From positions 2,848,001-2,912,000 of the forward strand of contig OZ220744.1 of assembly GCA_965116925.1 (NCBI GenBank): a stretch of DNA of 64,000 nucleotides. The letters run 5' to 3'. Of this stretch, positions 46,988 to 57,400 are shown piece by piece. The position numbers and the translations under genes were made by a program. Position 1 is the first letter of the stretch. Each line of letters opens with the position of its first letter. Under the pieces are notes generated by a model that saw only the letters and a program-made list of their open reading frames with translations, was not told the DNA's origin and ran no database searches. This stretch comes from Candidatus Poribacteria bacterium (lineage in GTDB: Bacteria; Poribacteria; WGA-4E; PCPOR2b).

Positions 46988-49372
46988 ATGCTGTACAAGG
47001 GGTTACAATTAGATCCGTTTCAGGAGGAGACAATTCGTGCAATAGATCGGAATCATTCCGTGCTTGTCACCGCACCGACAGGGGCAGGTAAAACCGTGCT
47101 TGCCGAATATGCCATTGAAAAATGTATGGAGATGGGCCGTCGCGTGATTTATACGGCACCTATTAAGGCACTAAGCAACCAGAAGTATCGAGACTTCTAT
47201 GGGATTTATGGCGATCGTGTCGGAATTGTCACGGGCGATGTAGTATTAAACCAATCGGCTCAAGTGCTGTTGATGACAACAGAGATTTTCCGCAATACAA
47301 TCTTTGATGATATTACCCGCTTGGACGATGTAGAATACGTCATTTTCGATGAAATCCACTATATCAACGATATTGAACGTGGGACAGTTTGGGAAGAGAG
47401 CATCATTTTCGCACCTCAGAATATCAAATTTGTCTGTCTAAGTGCGACAATCCCAAACATCAACCAGTTTGCCGAATGGATGCGGACGGTCCGAGAGGTT
47501 GAGATTAACGTTATTGAAGAACTGGAACGCCCCGTTCCTCTGGAGCATCACCTCTACCTAGAAGGATACGGCATAGGTGATGTTAAGGCTCTAAAACAAA
47601 TCCAAGAATCTATCATCTACGACAACCCTCGGAACTATGATGATTTCTACGAAGCCGACAAAGATCGCCAAGAACCTGATGCGGATGAAATCCTTGAAGA
47701 TGCGTCGCACAGTCTTATTTATGCAGAACTTATCTCTTACATCCAGAAGCAGAACAAACTCCCTTGTCTCTATTTCTGTTTTAGTCGCAAGGTTTGCGAG
47801 CAAAACGCAGCGCATTACGCCAAGCAGAATTTTCTGACCTCGGAACAACGGAAAGAAATTCTTCATCTGTTCGACCTATTATGTACGCAATACAATATCC
47901 GAAACGAGCGTAATATCCAAACTTTTCGGCGCCTTGTTTCTAAAGGTATTGCATACCACCACGCGGGTATGCTGCCGACCTTGAAAGAGGTAGTCGAGCG
48001 GCTCTTCACCTCTGGACTGATTCAGCTACTTTTCACAACGGAGACCTTTGCGGTTGGCATCAATATGCCAGCGTGCACGGTTGTTTTTGAGAGTTTAGAG
48101 AAATACGACGGTACTAATTTCCGCTACCTGAAAGCGCGCGAGTATCATCAGATGTCAGGAAGGGCTGGACGGCGTGGCATTGATCCAATTGGTTATGTTT
48201 ATGCACGCATTTTTCCAAAATTTGCACATTTTGAGAGCGTCAAACGGATACTCTCAGGTAAAATTGAGCCGATCGAAAGCCAGTTCAACCTCTCCTATTC
48301 AAGTATCCTGAATCTTTACGAAAAATATGGAGATGACATTTACGATGTATGCACCCAAAGCCTAAGCAACTTCCAAAACCTTGAGCGGGTCCAGAAGGCA
48401 GAGGCACAGATTCAACATACCTCCGCAACGCTGAAAAAACTCCCTGAACCGACCTGTATTCATAACGGTGTTGATGGGTTTGATCAGATTGGCAGCTATA
48501 ATCATCTACGAAACCAGATCATCGAACACCGCAAACTCCTGAAAACGGAACGTCGGGCGTTCAAGCGAAAAGGGGGTAAGCGAAAACAGAAGAGAGATTT
48601 ACGCCAGAAGTTTATCCGAACCGAACGTCAGCTGCGGCGCATTGAATCCACGAAAAATAAAAATCTCTGTCATAACTGTGAGCAGTTCAAAACCTGCGAT
48701 CAAAGTTATCGCAAAATCAAAAAGGCTGAGAACCGGATTGAGAAATTTCAAAATAGGAAAGCCCTTCTTGAAAGTTATCAGCGCAAGCAGATCGCGTCGC
48801 GTTTGAAAATTCTCGAAAAACTTGGATATATTGATACCTCTGGATTACTCAGTCGAGGGCAGATCGCTTCGCAAATTTACGGCTACGAAGTACAGGTCAC
48901 TCAACTCCTTTTCAGAGGCTTTTTTGAAGAATTGAGTGAAGATGAAATCAACGTTCTAGCGATGGCAATTGTTTGCGAAGACAGAAAGGACTGGGGATAC
49001 TATAGAAAACTGGAAGATAAAAAAATCAACAGGTTGCTGCGAACAGTAGACAAAGAAATTGAACCAATCCGAATATTGGAGGAACAGTATCAGGTTGATC
49101 CGGTGACACCGAAATTAGTAACAAAGCTAAGTGCAGCAATGCTTGCGTGGAGTCAAGGTTGTGAGTTTGAGACGCTGCCCCAATATGTAAACTTAGCTGA
49201 CGGTGACTTTGTGCGAGCGTTTCGACTCGTGATAGATCTGCTGCGGCAGGTGCGCCGGTCAGCGGTTGGACACGATACACTACTAGATAAGGTCGATCGG
49301 TGTCTTAACAAAATCAATCGTGACGTAGTAGACGCTGAACGTCAGTTACGCGCCGGACAGGACACGCTATGA
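46988..49372 (+). CDS. Ski2/HelY-like DEAD/DEAH-box RNA helicase
   Basis: APTGAGKT, PIKALSNQKYRD, DEIH, LSAT, HHAGMLP, TETFAVGINMPA, QMSGRAGRRG, C-terminal DSHCT-like GDFVR. Confidence 0.93.
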   Translation: MLYKGLQLDPFQEETIRAIDRNHSVLVTAPTGAGKTVLAEYAIEKCMEMGRRVIYTAPIKALSNQKYRDFYGIYGDRVGIVTGDVVLNQSAQVLLMTTEIFRNTIFDDITRLDDVEYVIFDEIHYINDIERGTVWEESIIFAPQNIKFVCLSATIPNINQFAEWMRTVREVEINVIEELERPVPLEHHLYLEGYGIGDVKALKQIQESIIYDNPRNYDDFYEADKDRQEPDADEILEDASHSLIYAELISYIQKQNKLPCLYFCFSRKVCEQNAAHYAKQNFLTSEQRKEILHLFDLLCTQYNIRNERNIQTFRRLVSKGIAYHHAGMLPTLKEVVERLFTSGLIQLLFTTETFAVGINMPACTVVFESLEKYDGTNFRYLKAREYHQMSGRAGRRGIDPIGYVYARIFPKFAHFESVKRILSGKIEPIESQFNLSYSSILNLYEKYGDDIYDVCTQSLSNFQNLERVQKAEAQIQHTSATLKKLPEPTCIHNGVDGFDQIGSYNHLRNQIIEHRKLLKTERRAFKRKGGKRKQKRDLRQKFIRTERQLRRIESTKNKNLCHNCEQFKTCDQSYRKIKKAENRIEKFQNRKALLESYQRKQIASRLKILEKLGYIDTSGLLSRGQIASQIYGYEVQVTQLLFRGFFEELSEDEINVLAMAIVCEDRKDWGYYRKLEDKKINRLLRTVDKEIEPIRILEEQYQVDPVTPKLVTKLSAAMLAWSQGCEFETLPQYVNLADGDFVRAFRLVIDLLRQVRRSAVGHDTLLDKVDRCLNKINRDVVDAERQLRAGQDTL

Positions 49373-49377
49373 GCATC

Positions 49378-49543
49378 GTCAGCGGATTTTTCTCTTGCCC
49401 TCAAACTTATACCATGAATTCAGTCCAACCCGGTAGGTGCGGTTTCCAACCGCACCGGTTTGGAGCGTTTCATTAATTCTAAGATCCACTATAAATAGCC
49501 CTATGTCAGTGGACTTTTCTCTTGCCCTCAAATTTATACTATG
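49378..49543. repeat. 39-bp direct repeat flanking a GTAG-REP element
   Basis: 49378-49416 vs 49505-49543, 35/39 identical; the second copy overlaps TTGCCC-17-TACAAT. Confidence 0.7.
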
Positions 49544-49617
49544 TTACAATAGTTAATATATGCTTATTGTTATGTGAACACAACGGCTTGCACACCTTTA
49601 ACCAATGGAGAAAGAAC

Positions 49618-50217
49618 ATGGCAAATCAAGAATTTGAACTCACTACAACACTGCGAATTCGATCTGCCGCTGCAAACGATGCGACAGCTCTGGAGCAGTA
49701 CTGCTTTACCGGCAAAACTACAGAAGAAATTGACCAAGAATTACAGGAGGACCTCTCACGGACACAGAAGGGAGAGGTCTATCGAATTGTCGCAGAAGCC
49801 AGTGGACATGCGATCGGAAACATTCGGCTTGAGCGGCATCCCCTCAACCCTGAAATTGGCGATGTCAGCCAATTGGCGGTTTCCGCACCCTTCCGGCAGT
49901 TTGCCGTCGCTGATAGACTAATCGACGCCACTGAACAGGTTGCACAAGAAAATGGTATCACAACACTTCAGATTGAGCTATCCCGGTCCGAGGAAGCAAT
50001 CATAAACGCTTACAAAGGATGGGGATTCGATGAACGTCCCGTTATTACATTGCAAAAACCAGTCGGATCTTCTGATACGGCGAGCACTTCCGATCAAGAA
50101 GAGGCCACAGACCCAACTCCTTCACTCGAAGAAGATCCTCAACTAGAAGACACTGAAGATTCCTCTGAAGACTCGGGGGATTCCGATGGTGAAGAACAAC
50201 AGCAAAAACTATTGTAA
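49618..50217 (+). CDS. GNAT-family acetyltransferase with acidic C-terminal tail
   Basis: QLAVSAPFRQ..VA..LI motif A variant, AINAYKGWGF-like motif B; GGAG SD. Confidence 0.75.
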   Translation: MANQEFELTTTLRIRSAAANDATALEQYCFTGKTTEEIDQELQEDLSRTQKGEVYRIVAEASGHAIGNIRLERHPLNPEIGDVSQLAVSAPFRQFAVADRLIDATEQVAQENGITTLQIELSRSEEAIINAYKGWGFDERPVITLQKPVGSSDTASTSDQEEATDPTPSLEEDPQLEDTEDSSEDSGDSDGEEQQQKLL

Positions 50218-50286
50218 ATACGCGTAAAACGTGAAAAACTTTGTGTTTTACGCGCTACATATCCTGCCTCACCGATTGGAGTAAAT

Positions 50287-51180
50287 ATGAAGAGATATTT
50301 TAAGTTACCTATCGTTGCAATTGGCATCGCCGCCTTTCTTATCAGTTGCGGCAGCCAAAATCCTTACCTTTCCAAAGGTAAAGAATTAATTAAATCTGAC
50401 AAACGACGGAAAGAGGAACGCGCCGCGCAACAGTTCAAGCTCGCAATTCAACATGAGCAAGATAATGCGGAAGCACACTATCTTCTCGGCTACTACGATT
50501 CTGAACTGTTTTACGCAGAGGGCACCCCGGAAAAGGCGAGTGCATCGATCGAAGAACGGGGTAAGCACATGTTTCAAGCTTACCAAAACGACAAACGAAA
50601 ATACCTCGAAATCCTTGTCTTTGAAACGTTAAGAAATCGCGAACCTGACGTTCAGAACGCAGCGTTAGATGCACTCAAGCGCATCTACCAACAAGCGGAC
50701 CGAAAAAAGTTACTCAATTCCTTGAAAAAAGCAATCAAGTCCAAAGATAACCGCGACAGACACGATGCACAATGGGTGTTGGCAGCCCTTGGCAGAGATC
50801 ACCCTGAGGAAATTGTGCCAATTCTTATAGACTTGCTAGACCATAAACGCAGGGAAACCCGTTTGAACGTTATCAAGGCACTTGGTGCAATCGGGGATGA
50901 AAGCGCAATTCCGGTATTAGTCGAGGTGGTCAACTCTGGTGCAGCCAAACGAGAAAAAGATAGGGAAGGCCCCGAAATACGCGGCCTTGCTGTCGAAGCA
51001 TTGGGCAAAATCGGGGGGACTGCCGTAGAAAAATTAGTCGAGATCGTCGAGAACAAGGGCTCCTCAATGCGTGTTGATGCGATTCAGGCGTTAGAACAAC
51101 TCGGTGATGAACGGGCCGTTAAACCATTGCTAGAAGTGTTAAGCGAACAGGGCAACCGAGAGGTCGTTGTCAACTTCTGA
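50287..51180 (+). CDS. HEAT-repeat (PBS-lyase-like) lipoprotein with an N-terminal TPR-like motif
   Basis: Lipobox LISC; AEAHYLLG; ALGAIGDESAIPVL, ALGKIG, LGDERAVKPL. Confidence 0.82.
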   Translation: MKRYFKLPIVAIGIAAFLISCGSQNPYLSKGKELIKSDKRRKEERAAQQFKLAIQHEQDNAEAHYLLGYYDSELFYAEGTPEKASASIEERGKHMFQAYQNDKRKYLEILVFETLRNREPDVQNAALDALKRIYQQADRKKLLNSLKKAIKSKDNRDRHDAQWVLAALGRDHPEEIVPILIDLLDHKRRETRLNVIKALGAIGDESAIPVLVEVVNSGAAKREKDREGPEIRGLAVEALGKIGGTAVEKLVEIVENKGSSMRVDAIQALEQLGDERAVKPLLEVLSEQGNREVVVNF

Positions 51181-51299
51181 ACCGAAAATTAAAATTCTCC
51201 ACGAGAACCTCGGGAAGAAATAGCTCTGCCGCCTTGACCGTCAATTTGTGCGGTACGATAAGCATTCCAAAGGTTATTTCTAATCAATTTTCGTTATAT

Positions 51300-51518
51300 T
51301 AGGACCTACGCAGCGCGTTCATAAGTCCCCCTGATAAGGGGGATTTAGGGGGTTAAAAATCAAAAATCTATCCCTCGTATGCTAAATTCGCGTAAGTCCT
51401 GTTAATTAAGATTTAGTGCGAAGAAACCGAGTTTTTTAACCCCCTGCGAAGGGGAGTCAAACTCGGTTTCTCTTCATGCTTTGCACTCTCTTTTTTTATT
51501 CCTCAATTTTTAACATGT
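51300..51518. repeat. Two adjacent MITE-like repeats
   Basis: TAGGACCTACGCA...CGCGTAAGTCCTG (51300-51401), then TTAAGATTTAGTGCGAAGAAACCGA...TTTGCACT, related to 4501-4632. Confidence 0.7.
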
Positions 51519-51557
51519 TGAGAATCTCTACTCGAAAATCTGTATGAAAGGGATCCT

Positions 51558-53216
51558 ATGATTTGGAAAATACAACTTAGTTTTCTCTTAATATTCGCAA
51601 TTCTGTGCGTTGCTGGGTGCAGTGACAATCGGTATTACGACGATCAATTGCAAATGGAGCTTCAGCAGTTAGACAGCGATCTCGACGATCGTTGGTCAAC
51701 AACCGGGGTGGTTGTAATTGGCGTAAATGCAAACGGTCCCGCCAGCCGAGCCAATCTTGAGAAAGGCGAACTAATCTCCTATGTGATTGGCGAACGAACA
51801 ATTAGCAGTACAGGGGATTATAAACAAGCGGTCAAAAACGCAATGAAAGAGGACAACAACTTTATCCTCAAGCTGACCGACGGTCGAGCAATCCGGTTGG
51901 CGGTCCGAAGAAGAGGTGATCAAGTTGGCTTGGAAGTTGATGGGACACGCGTTAGCAAAGTGACTTCAGGAAGTCCCGCTGACACAGGTAACATCAAAGT
52001 GGGTGACACAATCCAAAGCGTAATTGATGAGCGAAACGTCCAAACCATTAAAGACTATAAAAAAGCACTCGACGAATTTGCAAAGCATGATTCTAAGGTT
52101 ACATTCCGCACAATTGAATTAGTTGGCATTAAGATTGGCACCGTCAACGCGCTCGGTAACTTGGGAGATGTACGTGCGGTCCAACCGTTGACCGTGCTTC
52201 TAGAGCGCGAAGGCAGTACCTTACGTCAACCGGCTGCCCTAGCCTTAGAACGTCTCGTTGCTTTGAGTCAATTGAATACTCTCTTTCAGCAATTCCAGCA
52301 AGCCGGCGTTGATGAGTTACCCGCCGATCAGTTGAATCCTCGGCAGCGTGAATCCGCCGAAATCTTGGGGCTGCTCACGAGCGATCTTGAGAACAACCGC
52401 GTTACCCTCAACGATCCATTCGGTACGCAATTTCGGCATCGATCCGAAGCCTTATACCAGAAGATAACTGATGGACAGATGGTAGAATTGGGACAGAAAT
52501 ATATCAAACGTGAGGTTGAGCCGAATCAGGAGATCCGACGGGCTTGTATCTCCATTTTGGGACATCTCAAACCGACCTCCGCTATTGAAGATCTGATTGA
52601 TGTGATGGAAGACAGTATGGAGGTTCCCGGCATCCGCTTCAAGGCAGGGCTCGCGCTAAGTCAGATCGGCGAGGACTCTGTTGATGCACTCATTGCTGCC
52701 TTTGACCGTGGCGATGCGAGTGTTAAAGATATCGCTGCCTCAGCACTCGGCAACATCGGTGGAAACAAGGCACGCAACATGTTAATCAACGCTCTCAAAA
52801 CGACAGACAACCCAACAATTAAATTGACTGTCGCCGATGCCGTTGCTAAAGTCGGTCGCCCCCCTTCAATTGAGGCACTTCGTCTTCAGAGGGAGGCACT
52901 TCCAGAAGGAAGCGGTTTAAGGACATTCCTCGACGAGCTGCAGGTATTGCTATTTAATGTTGAGTTAAAATATCAAACGCATCTAAACAGTGAAAATATC
53001 TCAGCAGAGTTACGACAAGAGTTTAAAGATAACAAAATCCCGCTTTCTCAAAATGCCATCCTTTCGATTCAAAAGAAAGATAGCGAGTGGTGGATAGATG
53101 ACAAGGATAATCAACGAATGTACATTGTCCGTAAAGAAGCCCGCAAAGAAGAGGGTAGACTCAATATCTATGAACCGCTTGATGCACAATCAGTGTCGTA
53201 CTCGGTTACAAACTAA
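51558..53216 (+). CDS. Lipoprotein with two PDZ-like domains and HEAT repeats
   Basis: Lipobox VAGC; V..NGPASRANL.KG and V.SGSPA...IKVGD.I; ALGNLGD.RAV.PL, ALGNIGG. Confidence 0.8.
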   Translation: MIWKIQLSFLLIFAILCVAGCSDNRYYDDQLQMELQQLDSDLDDRWSTTGVVVIGVNANGPASRANLEKGELISYVIGERTISSTGDYKQAVKNAMKEDNNFILKLTDGRAIRLAVRRRGDQVGLEVDGTRVSKVTSGSPADTGNIKVGDTIQSVIDERNVQTIKDYKKALDEFAKHDSKVTFRTIELVGIKIGTVNALGNLGDVRAVQPLTVLLEREGSTLRQPAALALERLVALSQLNTLFQQFQQAGVDELPADQLNPRQRESAEILGLLTSDLENNRVTLNDPFGTQFRHRSEALYQKITDGQMVELGQKYIKREVEPNQEIRRACISILGHLKPTSAIEDLIDVMEDSMEVPGIRFKAGLALSQIGEDSVDALIAAFDRGDASVKDIAASALGNIGGNKARNMLINALKTTDNPTIKLTVADAVAKVGRPPSIEALRLQREALPEGSGLRTFLDELQVLLFNVELKYQTHLNSENISAELRQEFKDNKIPLSQNAILSIQKKDSEWWIDDKDNQRMYIVRKEARKEEGRLNIYEPLDAQSVSYSVTN

Positions 53217-53393
53217 TAAACTGAAGTTTGAATAGCACCACCAAGTATGAGAAAATAGAGTCCTGATTCGAGTGCATTTTGAGGTTCAGGGCAGAAGGAG
53301 ATAATTACTAGCGGGTCCCGATGTTTCATGATGCAAAGCGTTATAGAAACAACGAGGATTCCGATAAATCGGAACAAGCTAACTCCCAACCAG

Positions 53394-54230
53394 ATGAAAA
53401 TTGGCGTTACCTCCGACCTGCATACCGATGTCACCCCGCTGAATAAACAGATTCTTCCGCATATCGTCAAAGCGGCAGAGAAAGCAGGCTTGGACATCTT
53501 CATCCTCGCTGGCGATCTATCGCCCAACCTGCTTGAACTTGCCAACATCCTGATTGCATTCACAGAATCCGACCTGAATTGCCCCAAATTATTCGTTCCC
53601 GGAAACCACGATATTTGGGTTAGCGAACATCCCGATATTACAAGCGAGCAGAAATACGATGCCATCGCGGCGGTCTGTCGTGAGTGCGATTTCCATTCAT
53701 TAGACACCACACCCTTTGTTAAAAACGACGTCGGATTCTGTGGTACAATTGGGTGGTATGACTACTCATTTCGATGCAAGGAGCACAATTTTTCAGAGGA
53801 GGCATACGCGTCGAAACAGCTATCGGGATCCGTTTGGAATGACTCAAATTATGCAAAATGGGATGGAACAGACCCAGAAATTGCTCGCCGATTTGAGAAT
53901 AAATTGCGGAACCAGATCGGTTCAATCAAAGACTCCGTCTCGCAAATCGTTGTGACAACCCACCACGTCCCCTTCCAAGAGTGCGTCCACTCTCGTGGAA
54001 CATTGCCGGGGGACTTCTTCAGTGCATATATGGGAAGTCAAGGACTCGGCAAGGCATGCCTCGAAGAACAGCTTGTCACGCACTCCATCTTTGGACATAC
54101 GCACACCCCAATCCAGCAGCAAATCGGGGATGTCACTGCAATCTGTTCTCCGATCGGTTACCTACATCAGCCTCCCGCGTGTGATTTATCTGTCTATGCA
54201 CAGAAACGGCTTACCTGCTTCGAGCTTTGA
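53394..54230 (+). CDS. Calcineurin-like metallophosphoesterase
   Basis: SDLH, AGD, PGNHD, THHVP, FGHTH. Confidence 0.9.
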   Translation: MKIGVTSDLHTDVTPLNKQILPHIVKAAEKAGLDIFILAGDLSPNLLELANILIAFTESDLNCPKLFVPGNHDIWVSEHPDITSEQKYDAIAAVCRECDFHSLDTTPFVKNDVGFCGTIGWYDYSFRCKEHNFSEEAYASKQLSGSVWNDSNYAKWDGTDPEIARRFENKLRNQIGSIKDSVSQIVVTTHHVPFQECVHSRGTLPGDFFSAYMGSQGLGKACLEEQLVTHSIFGHTHTPIQQQIGDVTAICSPIGYLHQPPACDLSVYAQKRLTCFEL

Positions 54231-54401
54231 TTTTCAATAGCTGACAAATAGTTTGTGAGCTAAGTTACGGAATCGTGGAATGGGGATTTGTACCATTCAA
54301 ACGACCTGAAGAATCAAACCTTAACAATCTACTAATATGATGATGTATAGCACACAATTCATCACAACAATCCGCAACCGTAACAAGGAGGCAACACCCG
54401 C

Positions 54402-57400
54402 ATGAACCGTCTGAGCCAACATATCAGTGATTCCACGATGCTGAATCGATGGGGGTCTTACGTTTTTTGCTTTACGCTTTACGCACTATGTTGCTTCCAT
54501 CTGTTTGACACTTGGACCTTAGACGCTCGCGCAAATACAAACGCTATAACCGATCGGAACGGAATTACTGTCGAATTTAATCTTCCAAAACTTGAGGTCT
54601 CGACGGTTAAACGGAATGGTATTCGATATCAGGCAGTCAGCTTTGAGGGAAGTGGGTTTACCAATGAAGCGGGAAATCCACAACTCCCCGTGTCGCGCGT
54701 AACACTCGGTGTGCCGCCAAACGTTAAGTTTCGGGTCGAAATCCTTCATACTACTACTGAGACACGGTCCGGTTATCGCATCCCACCTGTACCACACCGT
54801 GTTCCTAAACCTCGCAGTGAAAGCTCTGCTTCCTTTTCCAATCCTGAAAATTTCCAAACACTTGAAGAAGAATGGCGTGAAGATGGTCCCGCTTACAGGT
54901 CCAATAACAATTATCCAAAAACCGCTGCACAGGTTGTTTATGACGGATATATCCGCTCCCAACGGCTGCTGTATCTAGAACTCCGTCCGGTGCAGTATCA
55001 ACCAAAATCGAGAATGTTGCGGATTCATTCTCGTATGACCGTCCGCGTTCGTTTTATACATCAAGGTTCAGATAACAGATTTCAGAGCACCAGTACCTCA
55101 TCTTCTCAATTTACGATCGCAGAACCGGCTTCATTTGAACGGATGTATCAAAACTTCCTGTTAAACTACAATGAGGCTAAGCATTGGCGCGTTCGAACGA
55201 CGGGAACGGCTGCTGCGCCGGGGGCTTTGGATTCCAACCGCAGTATTGGGGCGGGACCCGCAGTACAGGAACAAACGAATGGAGAACGGTATAAGATTCT
55301 CGTCGATAAAACCGGCATTTATCGCTTGACGAGCGATGACTTGCGTCAAAAATGGGGGATTGATTTAAGCGGGATCGACCCGCGGCGTTTGCATCTTAGA
55401 ACAAACGGCAGGGAGGTTCCAGTATACATTTATGGTGAAGAGGATGGGCGTTTTGACCGTGGCGATTTCATCGAATTTCTCGGTATAGATGCAAAAAGCC
55501 GGTATACAAAGTGGAATGTTTATTGGCTAGGTGCTGAACGCACACGGGGGGCGCGTGTGTCCGAAATCCACGCCAGTCCTGATGATCCAACAGCAAAACT
55601 GGTTCCGAGTTTCCGCTCGAAACTGTACTTTGAAGAGGACCATTTCCACAATAATTTGCGACACGTTGAACCTCGAAATGTGTCGCCAGATGATAAGCAC
55701 GGCTGGTTTGAAGCGCTTGACTTCTGGTACTGGACCGGTGTCAAAAACTTGGCTGATGAAAATGAAGTGGATCTCGAATTTCCGCTTTACGATCTCACGC
55801 AGAGTTTCGATCCACCGAGTATCCGCGTCACTTTGCAAGGCGGAACACCGACCAATCACGAAGCACTAGTTTCGATTAACAATATTCGGATTGATGAAGT
55901 GAAATGGCCAGACCAAGATGTTGTCACAGTTGATAAAAATCTACGGGTCTGGAACAACTTGCGGGATGCAACCCAGGGCGAAAAGAATGTGATTACCCTC
56001 GCTCGAATTGATACCACAGAAGAAGAAAATACCCTAGCCTTTCCTCACCACATTTATATTAATTCTTTCGAGGTCGAGTATACGCGCCTGTTAAAAGCAG
56101 TCAACGATTCTCTTGAATTCACCACACCTGCTACCACCGATCCATACAATGCCCGAAGACAGCGTCGGTTGGAATACACTGTTCAGACCTTCCTTTCACC
56201 AGATGTGGCAATCTTTGAACATGACGGTGAGGTATTGGTCTCCAAGTTCCACAACCTCAAGATTGAGCGTGTAGATTTGGGCAGAGTTGAACGTAACCGT
56301 CTCCGCGAAATCTACCGCATCAATGCCGAAGCCGATGGCACAAGTCAACCTTCACTACAGGACATCCCGCGGGTTGCCTACAATGCAACGTTCCAAGTAC
56401 GCGATGCCCACGATGGGAAGTATATTGCGGCCTCTTCGGCGGGTGTACGTCAACCTGTTCGCGTTGAGGTCGCTATGCCAAGCGATCTGCTCTCTTCTAG
56501 CAATGGTGCGGATTACCTAATCATCAGTCATCCGGTATTCCTTGAACCATCGAAAAGGTTGGCACGATGGCGAGCAACGCCAAAAGGCGGTGGTTATCGA
56601 ACAAAGGTCGTTGATGTTACACAGATTTATGACATCTTCAGTAATGGCATGGTTAATCCGCAAGCTATCAAGGACTTCCTGACCTATGCCTACAAAAATT
56701 GGCAATCACCCGCGCTCTCTTATGTCACAATTATGGGAGATGGAACGTACGATCACCGTGGAATTGATAAGGAAGTCTATCCAGAACCTCCAGAATTGAC
56801 AGGATATATCCCAACCCATTACATCTGGACCATCTCCTTCGGAAAGACCTCAGTTGATCACTGGTATACAACAGTAAACGGAATTGATGAACTGCCCGAT
56901 TTCTACATCGGAAGATTGAGCGTGGAAACACTTGAGCAAGCCGAAACCGTTGTCGAGAAACTCATTAACTATGAAGACAAACGCCCCAACGGAGACTGGC
57001 GGCGCCGGATTATCTCTGTAGCAGATGACGAAATTAATAACTCCGGCGATGAGATTTTCAAAAGGAGTTTGACCGCGCTTGCAAAAAAACAGACGTTACT
57101 CGGCTACGAAAACGTACCCATCTATCTCGAAGACGTGAAGGACATGGTTGAAGCGAATAAGGCAGCTTACCCTGAACTGCCACAACGGGTGGCAAAGGAC
57201 ATGATTATTGACGCAATGAGTGATGGGGCGGTTATTGCTCAATATGCCGGGCATGGTGGTCGCATTGTATGGGCACATGAGGCAATCTTTGACAATCGGG
57301 CAATTGGTCAAGTGAGTGAGACAGATCACCTCCCATTCATGCTCGTGTTGAGCTGTTACAACGGCTATTTTGACGCGCCCGGCGAACCGAGCATGGCAGA

